Shown: positions 29,771 through 43,690 of the stretch, piece after piece
Layout: every line of letters begins with the position of its first letter
How positions within the stretch are numbered: the stretch's first letter is position 1
From: the human T2T-CHM13v2.0 reference genome, Homo sapiens
Length of the DNA: 64,000 nucleotides
NCBI RefSeq assembly: GCF_009914755.1
Contig: NC_060925.1
Direction: 5' to 3' (one strand)
The notes under the pieces: model-generated
The model's input: the letters and a program-made list of their open reading frames with translations, nothing else
Database searches by the model: none
Told to the model about the DNA's origin: nothing
Translations under genes and position numbers: made by a program

Positions 29771-31178
29771 CCACCGTCGCATAACGGCACATTATGCAGT
29801 TATAGGCAGTCAAACCAGAATTACTCTTAAAATGTTCCTTTCTCATTCTTTTAAAAACATTTCATATTTTCTTCCAGAAGCATATGTTTTCTAAATTGTA
29901 AGCATTTTAATGGCAAGGACTCTATCTTGTTTAAGTTAATATTTCAAGATTTAGCCCATGACTGGCACATAAAAGCTACTCAAAACTATTAAAAGAATGA
30001 AGAGTGAATGAATGAGTGTTTAACCTATAATCGGAAGGAAAAAAATACAGTGTATTAAAAATAAAAATATAATAATTAAAATAAAGTGCTCAGTTAAGCT
30101 TGGAATCAGAATTTTTCACTTGGGGATTTTATCCAAACCCAACCCACAATATTGCCATTAAAACTAAGAAATACACACCACTTCATCCTAATCCTAGCAT
30201 GCACTAGTAACGTGTCTTATTTCCCATTCCCAAGGCAACTCAGTTCTTGGGTCATTCTGTATATTCATGTGTGTCCTGTTCAGCAGTTCTAAGTATACTC
30301 AACAAAGCATGATACAAAGAGTAGCTCAAATGATTATGCTTGTTGGTTGGTTTTTTTATCCGAACAAAAGTGGCTTGTCTTCAGACATTTTTTGGAAATA
30401 AAATGCTCTGCTCCAATTGTTGGAAATAATATTTGTCCATAGGTTTCAAACAGGAATCTCAGAAGTTTTTAATTATTGTGTATTATTTCTTCTTTATAAT
30501 GCCCTGAGCTCACAAGAAAAAAAAAAAAAGGGGGTCTGCCACTGTGGTTGGCATGCCAATGAAGCCTGTTGTGAACTCTCGAGTATAATATAAACCTCTG
30601 CCGAACACATAAAATTCTTGGCTTCCGAGAGGAGTCTTGTAGAAAGAGTGCTGTGTTTGCTTCCAGCATAGTTATTCTATTCAGAGCTCTAATCCCAAGT
30701 CACTTTTAAAAGACCAAGTCCAAAGAAAGTTGACACAGTTCACATTTTTTAAATTAAAGAACAATTTCTACTCTTTTTATAGTTGACAAGAGTATTGTAG
30801 TGTTGTCTTATTAGTAGTGAATAATTCTAGAATACATAAATAGTTCACTTTATAAAAATCTTTTAGGTGACGCGGCCAGATCGGGATGAAAATCCAAAGA
30901 CTGGAAACAACTGAACTTGAAATTAGCTGCCAAATGACCCAGATGGGGAGAATCGAATATCAAATTTTTTTTTGAAGTTTGAGAAAAGTATCAGGATGGT
31001 CACTCAGGCTTAAAGAAATAAAAGCAGCAGGGTCTAGGCTGGCGAATCTTAGTCATTCTGACAATGAAAGGCTAATGGCATGATCTCTGGGGTCAGAACC
31101 CTTGACAAGTATTCCAGCTGCATCCCTTGCAAACTGTATGGAGGATAAACATGACATCGAATGGGTGATCAATAAATA

Positions 31179-31258
31179 TTAGGTTGATACAAAAGTTATT
31201 GCAGTTTTTGCCACTGAAAGCAATGGCAAAAACCGCAATAACTTTTGCACCAATCTAA
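31179..31258. mobile_element. MADE1 (Hsmar1-derived 80 bp palindromic MITE)
   Basis: ta|ttaggttgatacaaaagttattgcagtttttgcca...tggcaaaaaccgcaataacttttgcaccaatctaa|tg; paired mariner terminal inverted repeats (TIRs). Confidence 0.95.
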
Positions 31259-31994
31259 TGTTAGCTATCAGGAGTCTGCACATGAAACAATACAAAACAA
31301 AAAAGTCCAGAGAAACAAAAGAAGTCAAGGTTGGTTATGCTTTTCTCTGTTATTATCTCAATCACAAAGACCCTTAGATTGATCTTTAAAAATCTTAAGC
31401 AGAGTATAGTCCAAAGGGAAAATAGAAGAACAAAGAAAGTAAAAGAATCCGATGGATAAATTACCTAAGATTAGAACATGGTACCACATGCATCTTGCAT
31501 GACAAGAAGAATATGAGATTTTATGGAGAAGCCGTATTGTACACATCTCTTTATCCTCCTGTACCTCACAGGTATGGGAGAGCCCCCAGGATTTAGAATT
31601 TATGAAATTACTGATGATAAAACAAGAGTTGCAAGCAGAAAGAAGTCTCATGCTCTAGATCCCCAAGGATATTGCAAAAAAAGACACTTCAAATATGGAG
31701 ACAAATATGAAAGGGAATACACGTGGCATGAGTATGCTTATTCTCCCATGTTGTATGGTGGTGATGGGAAAGGCAATGATGAGTAGATGTGGTGGGCCTT
31801 GGAACCGTATTGATTTAAGAAGGCTGTGGCTGATGAAAATGATGTGAGTCAGTTGAGTCAGATAAACGATGTGTATGCTCCTGGTTATGTCATTTTACCT
31901 ATCTCACTTTCTGTTTCCCTTCTGTGAAATAAAAGAATGAAACTCAATTGCTGTTAAACTATGTCTTGAAAAAGCAAGGGTTCTAAGGAAGGGC

Positions 31995-32170
31995 TTCTTT
32001 TCATTTGGTTTCTCCAAAAGTAGATCCCAAGATAAGGATTTTCATATAAGTTATTTATTTGGAAGTTAATCCCAGAAATTGTGGTCTTGGAATGGAGAAG
32101 TGAGACAGGGAAGTGAAGTAAGTCCATAAATGTGAGTTATCAAGAAAGTTACCCCTGTGAGCAGCTTGAA
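31995..32170 (-). mobile_element. ERVL LTR16/LTR33-like fragment
   Basis: cccaagataaggattttcatataagttatttatttggaagttaatcccag resembles the recalled antisense LTR16 end. Confidence 0.45.
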
Positions 32171-32206
32171 AGGAATGTTCCTGTGGAACACAGAAACAAT
32201 GAGAAA

Positions 32207-33290
32207 CAGCAGTTTTTAAACTTTTCCTTTACCATCTTAAAATTTATTCAGGACCTGAAAAAGCTGTTGTTTGTGTTGGTTATATCTAAAAATATTGATG
32301 ACATTAGAAATTAAAACTAAGAAAATTCTAAATTATGTACTTATTAATTTTAAAACAATTCTAAACACATTACATGTTAAGTAATGCCATTGTATTAAAA
32401 AGTTACATCTTCTAATACCAAAAATGTGAGAATGGCATGTTTCATAATTTTTGCAAATCTCTTTAATACCTGGTCTAATAAAAAACAAATAAATTCTCCT
32501 ATGCTCTTTTGCATTCAATCTGTTGCTATATATTTTGGCTAACATAAAGCTTGCTTCAGACAGATACGTGGTTGAAAAAGAGGAGTCTTTTAATATCCCC
32601 TCAGATGGTTGTGTATAATCTTCTTTGATACTACACCAAAACTTGACAAGTAACAATGTCTCAAAGGTTAGTTTCAGTGTGGCAATGTGCATGAAATTTT
32701 TGTACTCTATTTCATTAAAATCCATTTTTTAAAATCTTGCACTTTAAACAAATCTTGTACCCATGTTGGATTGTGTAACATCATGCATTGGTCATATGGA
32801 AATTATTAGTTACCTTAGGCAAATATTGTAAATGTTATCATATTTCATTATACAACTTTAAAAAATTCTATTCATGAATATCTTCACTCATCTCATCAGA
32901 AAAAGCCTTTAAGCATTGGGAAGTCATCAAGCACACATTGGTAGATGTAAGTTTTCCAAAATTCTAATTTTCTCTTGAAAGCTCAGATTTTATTATTGGC
33001 AACAAATACTGTCAATGATTTCTTTGAAGTGATGGCCTCATTTCATCAATTTTCTAAAAACTTGTCTACCAAGTACTCAACTCTGAATAACTGCAGTTTG
33101 TCCGTTCTTTCAACTCCATCACACAGTTGCCTTTCTTTGAAATAACCATCATACTTCATTATGCTGCAGAAGTGCTTTATACATAGCTCTTAGTTTATTA
33201 TCTATTTTAACAATTTGTATTTGAGGGTCAATATTTAATAAAATGTAATAATTTTTTACAACTTCATCAAGGATATTCCTTGTGAAACCT
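32207..33290 (-). mobile_element. Charlie1 (hAT) DNA transposon with a decayed transposase C-terminus
   Basis: Terminal cagcagtttttaaacttt...; ORF 32333-32725 contains FWCSIKEDY...FSTTYLSEASF...YSNRLNA, a hAT dimerisation-domain pattern. Confidence 0.85.
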
Positions 33291-34045
33291 TCTCCACAGT
33301 ACATTTTGGAAAATTTTCATCACACCGAAAAGAAATCCTGTAGCCTTTAATATTTACTGCCATTTTCTTGCAACCCCAAGCCCTAGACAACCAGTAATCT
33401 ACTTTCTACCTCTATATGTTTGCCTATTCTGGACGTGTTATATAAATGGAATCATGTAGACTTTTGTGACTGGCTTTTTTCACTTAGCATAATGTTTTCA
33501 ACTTTCATCTATGTTGTAGCCTGTATCAGTATTTCATTGCTTCTAATTGTTTAATAATATTCTATTATACGGATATGCCACATTTTATTTTTCCCTTCAC
33601 CAGTTGATGGACATTTGGGTTGTTTCCACTTTTGGGATCTTATGAATAATGCTGCTATGAACCTTTGTGTAAAAGTTTTTGTGTGAACATATGTTTCCAT
33701 TTCTCTCAGGTATATACCTAGGAGTAGAATTCCTGGGTCATATGGTAACTCTATGTTTAGCCTTGGGTGAACTGCCAAACTGATTGCCAAAGAGGCTATA
33801 CCAATTTACACTGTGACCAGTAATATATGAGTGTTTGAATTTTTTACATTCTTAGCACCACTTGTCATTATGTCTTTTTGATGATAGACATCCTTGAGGG
33901 TGTGAAGTCACATCTAATTGGGATTTTGATTTGTATTTCTTTGATGGCTAATGATGTTGAGCATCTTTACACGTGTTTATTGACCATTTTCTTTGGAGAA
34001 ATATCTATTCAGATTTTTAGCCCATTTGTTGCTGTTGTTGCTAAA
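33290..34045 (-). mobile_element. L1MB-type 3' region
   Basis: Antisense L1 3' motifs; ORF 33551-33790 resembles the ORF2 C-terminus (ELPYDPGILLLGIY...FIAALF...WKQPKCPS). Confidence 0.85.
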
Positions 34046-35175
34046 CTCTTATTTTTACTGGTAAATAATAGTTTTATATTTTATGTATAATAATCAAATT
34101 GGGGTAATTGGAATATCCATCAACTCAAACATTTATCATTTCTTTGTGTTGGAAACATTTCAAACCTCTTCTATTATAAAATATATAATACATTATTATT
34201 AACTATGACCACACTACTGTAGTATTAAACAGTGGAACTTATCTATCTAACTGTATGTTTGTACCTATTAGCCAGCCTCTCTTCATCTCCCATTGCCCCC
34301 AGTCCTTCTCAATCTGTAGTAACCATCATTATACTGTCTACTTCCATGAGATCAATTATTTTTGCTCCCAAATATGAGTGAGAACATGTAATATTTGTCT
34401 TTCCATGACTAGTTTAGTTCACTTAACATGATGACCACAGTTCCATCCATGTTGCTGCAAATGACAGGATTTCATTCTTTCTTATGGCTGAATAGTATTC
34501 CATTGTGTACAAATACCACGTTTTGTTTATCCATTCATTCACTGATGAACACATAGGTTAATTCCATATCTTGGCTATTGTGAATGATGCTGCAATAAAC
34601 ATGGGAGTGTGGATATCCCTTTGATATACTGACTTCCTTTCCTTTGAATAGATACCCAGTAGTGAGATTGCTGGATCATATGATAGTTTTTAGTTTTTTG
34701 ACAAACCTGAATACCATTTTTCACAATGGCTGTACTAATTTACATTCTCATTAGCAGGGTTTAAGAGTTCCCTCATCTCCACATCTTTGCCAATATTTGT
34801 TACTTTTTGTCTTTGGTAATGGCCATTCTGAGGTGAGATGACATGCGTTTCTCTGATGTCAGTGATATTGAGCATTTTTTAATATGCCTGTTGGTCATTT
34901 TTTATGTGTTCTTTTGAAAAATGCCTATTCAGATTATTTGCCCACTTTTTAATGAGATTATTGTGATTATTATTTTCTGGTGAGTTGGGTTCCTTGTATA
35001 CTCTGGATATTAGTTTCTGATTGAATGAGTAGTTTACAAATATTATCTCCCATTCTACAGGTTATCTCTTCACTCTTGATTATTTCCTTTGATGTGCAGA
35101 AGCTTCTTAGTTTAATATAGTCCTATTTGTGTATTTTTGTTTTCGTCGCCTATGTTATGTAAGACTTAGCTATAA

Positions 35176-35508
<333 letters not shown>

Positions 35509-35518
35509 TTCTAGCAGC

Positions 35519-35821
35519 TTTTGTTTGTTTGTTTGTTTTGACGGAGTATCGCTCTGTCACCCAGGGTGAAATGCAGTGGCGCGATCTCGGCTCGCTGCAA
35601 CCTCCGCCTCCCGGGTTCAAGCAATTCTCCTCCTGCCTCAGCCTCCTGAGTAGCTGGGACTACAAGTGCATGCCACCACGCACGGCTAATTTTTGTATTT
35701 TTAGTAGAGACAAGGTTTTACCATGTTGGCCAGGCTGGTCTCTAACACCTGACCTCAAATGATCCACCCACCTCGGCCTCCCAAAGTGCTGGATTACGAG
35801 CATGAGCCACCGTGCCCGGCC
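35519..35821 (-). mobile_element. AluS with (TTTG)n tail
   Basis: Full antisense dimer ending cgtgcccggcc. Confidence 0.95.
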
Positions 35822-36325
35822 TCTAGTAGCTTTATAACTTCAGGTGTTATGTTTAAGTCATTGATTCATTTTGATTTGATTTTTGTATATGGTAAGAAAT
35901 AGGGGTCTAGTTTTATTCTTCTGCATATGAATATCCAGTTTCCCCAGCACTACATATTGATGAACATGTCTTTTCTCAGTTGTATGTTCCTGACACCTTT
36001 GTCAAAATCAATTGGCTGAAATTCGACGAATTTATTTCTGGGTTCCCTCTTCTGTTCCATTGGTCTGTGTGTCTGCTTTTATACCAATGACTCAACCTTT
36101 GGTTTATTCTTTTTTTATTCTTCTTCATTGTGGGAACTTCATGTTAGGAATGCAATGCTGGCCATGTTGGGGATTTATAAAACTTATTTTCTTTGAAATT
36201 TTTGTATTAAAACAAACAAATAAAATGAATAAAAGTGTTGCAGTTTGCCACAGGCACTCATGGCTAGCATTGCTGCTCAGTGTGTTACAGCAACTTCTAG
36301 TCCTCTCCTGTAAGATTACACCAGA

Positions 36326-36339
36326 AGCTTGCTTGCTTG

Positions 36340-36394
<55 letters not shown>

Positions 36395-36423
36395 TTCTTT
36401 CTTTCTTTTTTCTTTCTTTTTTT
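36326..36423. repeat. (CTTG)n(CTTT)n microsatellite
   Basis: Directly visible tandem repeat. Confidence 0.95.
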
Positions 36424-37541
36424 ATAACTATATTTGGACCTGACTCTTGGAAGGGAACCATTAGCTGTCTAACTCAATCATTTGGTTGTGCTGGCCTCAG
36501 TGTCACTGAGTCTGGTATAAGATTGCCTCTTAATGAGGGAAGCAGGCCAGGAAACCCTGTGTCATCTGGAGCAACAGTTGAAGGGGGCTCTGGGAAGGTA
36601 GGGAAATGTTTGAGAACCTGTCACCTGCCTAGAAAGAGCCATCAGAGCTCCCTGCATCTGCTTTTAGAGTTCCCTGGGGTTGTGGCAAAAGTAGCGGGGG
36701 ATGGGAGTCTCTGGCTAGAAACCATTATGGAAAAAGTCATGAAGGGCACACACCCCAGGCACAATCTTGAGTCTTTCTAGAAGAGTCAGCCTTGGGCTCA
36801 GAGTATTTTTCAACATTTTACCCGTACAACCAAAGTGCTGGTCTAGAATGATTTAGAGTGATACAAACGGCATCAATCCTTCATATGTTTCCTTAATTAA
36901 AATCACACATATATACATATGGGCAACAGGCAAATAAAAACTGGTCTTATTTCTTTTTTTCATACAAAAATAACGTATCATCCTTACAAAAATTTAGAAA
37001 ATATGCTGAAGCACATAATAATAACAATAATACCAAAAAATTAAGTCGATGTAGTCTCATCACTCAAAGATAAGCACTTGCAATATTTTGATATGTTATC
37101 TGTCTAGCCTTCCTTTTTAAATATATTTTGTATATATTGTGGAGTCATAGAATTGTTTTATAATCAGCTTTATTTTTTCATATAATACTATCGAGTAAAC
37201 ATTTGTCCAAGTCATTGAATACTACTCTACTATCATCATATTGTCCATACATTATCTCATTATTCAATAAAATGAGTTTTATTTCCTTCTCAAATGTTTT
37301 AAACTTTCTAAGAGTCAGCTTTCTTATCTGGCATACCTATTACAGGTATTTTGAAGATTCATTAAAACCAGAAGCAGAACACCTGATATAATAACCATTC
37401 AGAGAGCATAACTTGTTGGTGTTACTTCTATTTGTACCACTTCCCTATTGCCATGTTTTGAAATTATTCCTTTTTGTAAATACAAATCAATAATTGTTTT
37501 TTAGACTAAATAACAAAATAGATTTATAGAATCAAGGATTT

Positions 37542-37866
37542 CTTTTTTTTTTCTTTTTTTTTTTTTTTGAGACGGAGTCTCGCTCTGTCGCCCAGGCTGG
37601 AGTACAGTGGCGCAATCTTGGCTCACTGAAAGCTCTGCCTCCTGGGTTCATGCCATTCTCCTGCCTCATTCTCCTGAGTAGCTGGGACCACAGGCGCCCG
37701 TCACCTCTCCCGGCTAAGTTTTTAGTAGAGACGGGGTTTAGTATTTTTAGTAGAGACGGGGTTTCACCATGTTGGCCAGGATGGTCTCAATCTCCTGACC
37801 TCGTGATCCACCCGCCTCGGCCTCCCAAAGTGCTGGGATTACAAGCGTGAGCCACCGCGCCTGGCC
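37542..37866 (-). mobile_element. AluY/Sc-like with an internal tandem duplication
   Basis: Antisense Alu; TSD agaatcaaggattt; tttttagtagagacggggttt occurs twice. Confidence 0.95.
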
Positions 37867-38379
37867 AGAATCAAGGATTTTCAATGGAAAACTCTAGAGT
37901 GTTTTTCATTGCTCAGCGAGCACAGTCTGAATATCTTCATGAGTATGTCTGTTCTAGAGACCACAGTTATATGATGTGCACACAGAGGATATGGCTGGTA
38001 CATGCCCATGCCAAAGGGAGTTAAAAGGGGACATAAATGGACATGAAAACAAATTGGCTTTTATAGTTACCTCTTGATCTAAAAAAATACAAGGCAATAA
38101 CCAAAATATACTTTCTATAACATCTTAAGGAAGACTTGGCTGTTTATGTTGAACTGCTAATATAAGTTGATAGAATGGGAAGAAAATATATACTTGACTT
38201 GTGCACATTAGCGTGAGCATCTGAGCATAAAGTGCCACTTTATCAACACAAAGTTTATTTCATTTCAAGTTCCACTGCACTCCATTTCTGCACAGACATA
38301 AGATCATAAGATGAAGTTAGAGGAGAGAGGCAAGAATAGATTCCTTGAATTGTACAGGGCTCCATAATGTAGTTATGAG

Positions 38380-39390
38380 ATCTTTGAGAGTCATTATGAG
38401 AAAATAGATACAAATTCTGTCCTTAACTTTCAGCATGTAGCAAACTGATAAGAAAATGACAAGAATAACTAAAGAATGCTAACTGAAGTGCCATAAATAT
38501 TGAAAACAGAGATGATAATAAGTTTCACAGAGAGCTGAGTCCCAGAGGATGAAAAGAATTGAAATGTGAGTAGTTGATGGCACTGTATTCCAATTGAGGA
38601 GAATTGAATAAGAACAGGTAAAGAAGAATGAATTATGGGTGGCATGTACAGAAAGCCATAAAGAGTTTAGTTTGGTCAAAAGAAAGAGTGTGGAAAACAC
38701 TTAATATTTTACTGAGCACTGACTATGTATGTGATGACTTCTGAGTAGAGGGCTTGATGTGGTATCTTGCTTGAACTCTACAACTCTGTAATAGATTATA
38801 TCATGCTTGTTTTATAGATTGTGAAAATAGAAACCCCTGAAGATTTCAGGCAAGAAAACCAATCATTTGGAACTGTGCTCCTGGAAGATTAATTTGATGT
38901 CAGCGTGCATAACGCAGTGTAATGGGGAATAATAGAGATGGAAGGCCTTTCCATTGTAAAGGCCATGGCAATAGTCCAAATGACAACTGAAGAAGATATG
39001 ACTTATAAGAGAAGATGAATGTGAGTGTGTTGCAGAGGTTGAATCCAAGGGATTAGTAAGACAATTGCGTGTGAGAAGTAAGAAAAATAAGGATGTGAAG
39101 GTTTCACACGTAAATGATTGCAAGGATGGTAGTGGCATTAAAAGAGGGAGAAGAGGAGGTCCCTGGGAGGGTCGATGATGGAGTTAGTTTGGAATCTACT
39201 AGGTTTGTAGAAAAGCCAGAGGTAGATCTCCATCAGATGATGGGTATGAGAAAGTAGAATCCAAGAGACAAAAATTTGTGAGTAGAAATGTAATAAGAGT
39301 TAATATTAGGCTAGTAGCTGGACACATTTCACAGAATTGGCCACTGCATGCAGTTATGTCACAGAGATACGACAGGACAATCAAACTCCC
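38380..39390 (-). mobile_element. Degenerate L2 fragments with a MIR at ~38700-38840
   Basis: Purine-rich antisense L2-like motifs (ggaagattaatttgatgtcagcgtg; gatgatggagttagtttgga). Confidence 0.5.
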
Positions 39391-39540
39391 AAAATTTGAA
39401 TTTCCAGGATTATTTAAAATTTATCATATAACCCTTCATCTCAAAATTGTTTAGTGAATTTTAATCAAATGAGGATAGCTGTTCAAAATATCATTCATTT
39501 TACTTTTGGGAAAAACTTTCATGTCAAAGCAATGAGGGGT

Positions 39541-39541
39541 A

Positions 39542-39578
<37 letters not shown>

Positions 39579-39590
39579 ATATGTGTGTGT
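39541..39590. repeat. (TG)n microsatellite
   Basis: Directly visible. Confidence 0.95.
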
Positions 39591-42500
39591 AAGCATCTCA
39601 CTTAACTCCCTTTGGGCCCATCCCTTCTCCCTGTGTATTCCGAGTATTGATAAGAGCAGAATATGTAAGTTGCTGCTGAGGAGGCCTTGAAGAGGCAGTA
39701 TGCAAAGTCACTTAGAAGCAGAACCTAAGCCATGGTTGAGTCAGACTACTCACATTGGCTAAATTGTGAAGATTTTCTTCTTATGTGGTGAGTCTTCCTA
39801 ATGAGAAGCTTAAGAAATAAAGTTTATTTTGTTTATAAATGTTTCCACTTGATGTGTTTTTCTCCTAAAAACAAAATACGATAAAAGCAATTTTCATGAT
39901 ATGTCTTTCAAAATTGAATTGCTGGTAGCATTTTTTCCCCATTCCTAAAGTAAACAACTTCCTTTCAGATCTAAAATGTAAATCATAATTGTGCTTTCTT
40001 TCTGGGGCTTCTGCCTTTTGTCAAATTAACAGCTCTCGAAAGAAGCGCATATGTTCAGCTGACCTGCAGTTGGACCTAACATTTCTTTCCCAAACTGTCA
40101 GATATTTTAGTCATGGAGGAGAGAGGACACACTTCCAGAATCTGCTGTGTGTGGCCCGGATCCTGTTCTCTGGCCCCAAGCAGTCTAATCGCTCTGCCTC
40201 ACAGGGGCCGCTTTTGGCTAATGAATCCTTAGCTCCAAGTTTTTCCTCTTCCTAATGAGTGCTAATAAAATGCATTTAACTCCACTAATGCAACAAAAAC
40301 TCAGCATTATTTCATTGTATCTACTTAATAAGAACCTTGTTTAATATCAAATTACAGCCTGTTCAGCCAAAGCATTATACAGGGGGAAGTGGGACTGTGA
40401 GAAGGGAGTATCAAGTGCTCTAATTTAGACATTCCTCCTTAGTATGCCCTGCAGTATTACGTGATTGCTTAATTCATTTAGCCGAGCTAGTCTGATCCAT
40501 CTGCCAACTGTTGTGTAAAATTTACTGCAATGCTAGGCAACCAGTCCCACCACACAAGCTAGAAATATAGTATCGCTTTTCCTGGGACCAAGTTATTAAC
40601 AGTTGTTTGGGGAGAGGCAAGAGGCAATGGTGCAGATACTGTTACAAAAAGGAAGACCTTCTGGATGTGCCTCATTTTATAAAATGGTTACAGCAAATCC
40701 CATTTTTTATTCATCAAAATGTGTTTCTAATTGTTCATGGTCTAATTTCAGAGGCATTTCATCTTTACTTCAAATTTATCTTCGATGAGCAATGATGTCT
40801 AATTTCCTATTTATCTTAGCTTTGAACTTCTCTGTCTTCTTTTGACCAGCCTCTCTCTCAAGAAATGATCAGTAACGAACATCTACTGGAAACTTTCCAT
40901 GTGAAGGAAAGAATCATTTTGTAATTTGAGTAATCATTGCTTGAATTAGATAAAGTTCCATGTATATTGGATTTTCTTAAAGTGAAGTACATCTGTAGTC
41001 TCATTTCTGTAAACTAAAGGCAAAAGCCTTATTTTGAGTTTCCCACCAAATTTAGTGACCTGGAAATTTCTGTTCTTCTTGTTACCTGAGAGAGATTGCA
41101 TTTGGAGACTTTTTCATCTACATTGTTCCTTAAGTTACAAGATTCTATTATCCTTGATACCTGCATATTAAACTGGTAGATACACTTCTCTTGGATGTTT
41201 GAAGGCGTTAAAAAAATTTGTAACTTACTCATGGATTTATGAAGAGAAGAGAAGTTGGGGAAACTTAGAAGAGCTTCCTTCTATCATTTTATACTTATTC
41301 AGAAAAGCCAAATGTTACATATAGATAGGAAAATAGTTTTCAAACTGTTTAGGAAAATTCCAGTGTAAAGGAATAATAGTTATCTTTCAAGACCTTATAA
41401 CTGGTCACCTGATAAGAAAATGGGTGAAGATGGTAGGACTTCATTCAAGACTTATCTTGTAGAGTTCATGTAGGAATTATTAAGACCAGAAATTTGTTGT
41501 TGCTCAATTTCTAGTAAGTGGCTTGAATCAAAATTTGGTTCTGCTCACTAACAACAGTTAAGTACCCTTGTAACTCCTTAGTGGGTGAAGTGGAGATTCT
41601 AGATCCCTCCAGCCAAGGACAAGGCAGGTAATTATTGCCAGGTATAACCATGTTCCATAGCATTCCAACATCTCAGAAGAATAAATGGATATTTCTACCT
41701 AAACAGAAGGTGTGCCTTTGTTCAAAAATGAATCTGGATAGGACAGAAGTTTTTATACCTTCTAGTAATACATTTCGTTTTTTTTCCTTCTTCCAACCTT
41801 GATTTTTGGTCAGAATATAAAATAAATTTCAAAACAAAATGATGTACGATTTCAAATAATTGCATGAAATATACTAGTAATAAAAGAGCCAATATGTAGT
41901 GTTTTTATGTGATAGGGAATATTAATATGAAACTATGTCCTATATAATGTTTTTCTCCTGATGTTTAAAAACTCTATAGTTATAGATCATCTATTTATTT
42001 GTAAACTGTACTAAATAATTTTGTATCAAATCTTCCAAGCTAAGTTTATTTTCAATGTATTGGTAGAGAAATGCATCTAGGTAGCTTTGTAGTCAGACTA
42101 CACTCATCCATAGGCTAATGAAAAATTAACTTGGGGAAGCTTTGGGGAAAGCAGTCAGGTACTGAGTTTTTCTTGAACAAAAAACCAAAAATTTAGAAGA
42201 ATATCCTTTTTGAAATCTAGTCTTCATAGGGAAAGCTAGCTTTCTTCCAAACTAAATCATCAGAAATGGTAGGATTAACTGATGTATAAGTAGAAATTTC
42301 TCTCTCTGAGATATTGTACTGTTTAACTCATGTAACAGTGAGAAGAAGCTTTGATTACTTCAGGGAAGAGGCTAAAAAAAGAAGAGGTTTATTATGTCCC
42401 CAGTGGGCCAAGGTTTCTAAAGGTATCTTAGCCTCTGTGCTCCTAAAATAAAACATAACCCTTACTAGCAGAGCCTTTCCTGAGAATTAACATGCTCTTA

Positions 42501-42861
42501 GTTTTCTTTGTATCAGACATTCTGGAAGTGTTTCTTTTAAAGAATCAAGACTCTGGTGAGAGCTAAGAAAATGAAGCCATGAAATTTCTTCCAATCCTAA
42601 ACTTTTAAGGGACTAGAAAAAGAGAGTTGCTTTGCTTATAAAATGAAGAGGATCATATAGACTTAGTTTTACTGTTGTTTCTTTGAGCACTTACTTGGTA
42701 TCATTCTTGTATTTGTTAAGCATCACCACAAAGTCACCTTAAATTCTTCTCACTTGTCCTTCACAGAAAACCAGCCACTGAGTCTGGAATCTTCTATATT
42801 CTTCTTTTCCTGCTTCTTTCAAATACATCTTATTCACTTCTCCCCTGACATCATTTTAAAA

Positions 42862-43690
42862 TCGCTTTATTGAAATATTGAAATTGCCATTAAAAGTAAT
42901 GGCAAAAATTGCAATAACTTTTGCACCAACCTACGAATTTAAAAACCAGAAATCTACCCATTGTAAGTGTAAAGTTTGATTAGTTTGAGTAAAATTATAC
43001 ATTTGTGCAACAGTCCCCACAATCCCGATTTAGAACACTTTCCCTTCCCCAAAAGTTCCCTGGGGCACAGTTGCAATTAATCCCCACTTGCTGAGTCTCT
43101 GACAACCATGGAACTACCTTCTGTCTCTATGGGTTGCCTTTTCTGGACATTTCATATAAATAGAATCAGGTGGTCTTTTGCATCTGGCTTCTTTCACTTA
43201 GCGTGATGTTGTTGAGATTCAGCTATGTTGCAACGTGTGTCATTACCTTGTTTTTTTATTGCTGAATAGTATTCCATTTTATGGCTATACCACAATTTGT
43301 CTGTCTATGTATCCATTGATGGGCATTTTGGTTGTTTCTAGTTTGGGGCTGCTATAAATAATGCTGTTATAAATATCTGTGTACCTATCTTTTTGTGGGT
43401 GTATGTTTTCATTTCTCTTGCTAGATATATAGGAGTAGAATTGCTGGGTCATGTGATGAATATATGTTTAATTTTTTAAGAAACTGACAAACTCTTTTCT
43501 AAAATGGCTGTACCATTTCTTCCTGCCAGCAATGCATGAGCCTCCAGTTTCTCTACGTCCTAGCTAATGCTTGTTATTTGCAGCTTTTTTATTTTAACCA
43601 TTCTAGTGAGTGTGTGGCATGGATCTCATTGTACTTTACCGATTGGCTTTAACCTAGTGACTAAGATGTTGAGCACCTCTTCTCCTGTTT
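42862..43690 (-). mobile_element. L1M(B/E) 3' end
   Basis: gctttattgaaata...ttctggacatttcatataaatagaatc...gtagaattgctgggtcat. Confidence 0.8.
42884..42933. mobile_element. Truncated MADE1 (one TIR plus spacer) inside the L1 3' end
   Basis: ttgccattaaaagtaatggcaaaaattgcaataacttttgcaccaaccta. Confidence 0.9.

Noticed and set aside
30150-30170. attgccattaaaact resembling the MADE1 centre
   Set aside because: Too short and has no TIR.
41029-41232. 67 aa ORF and splice-donor-like motifs in unique sequence
   Set aside because: No recognisable protein similarity and no consistent acceptor/donor pair.
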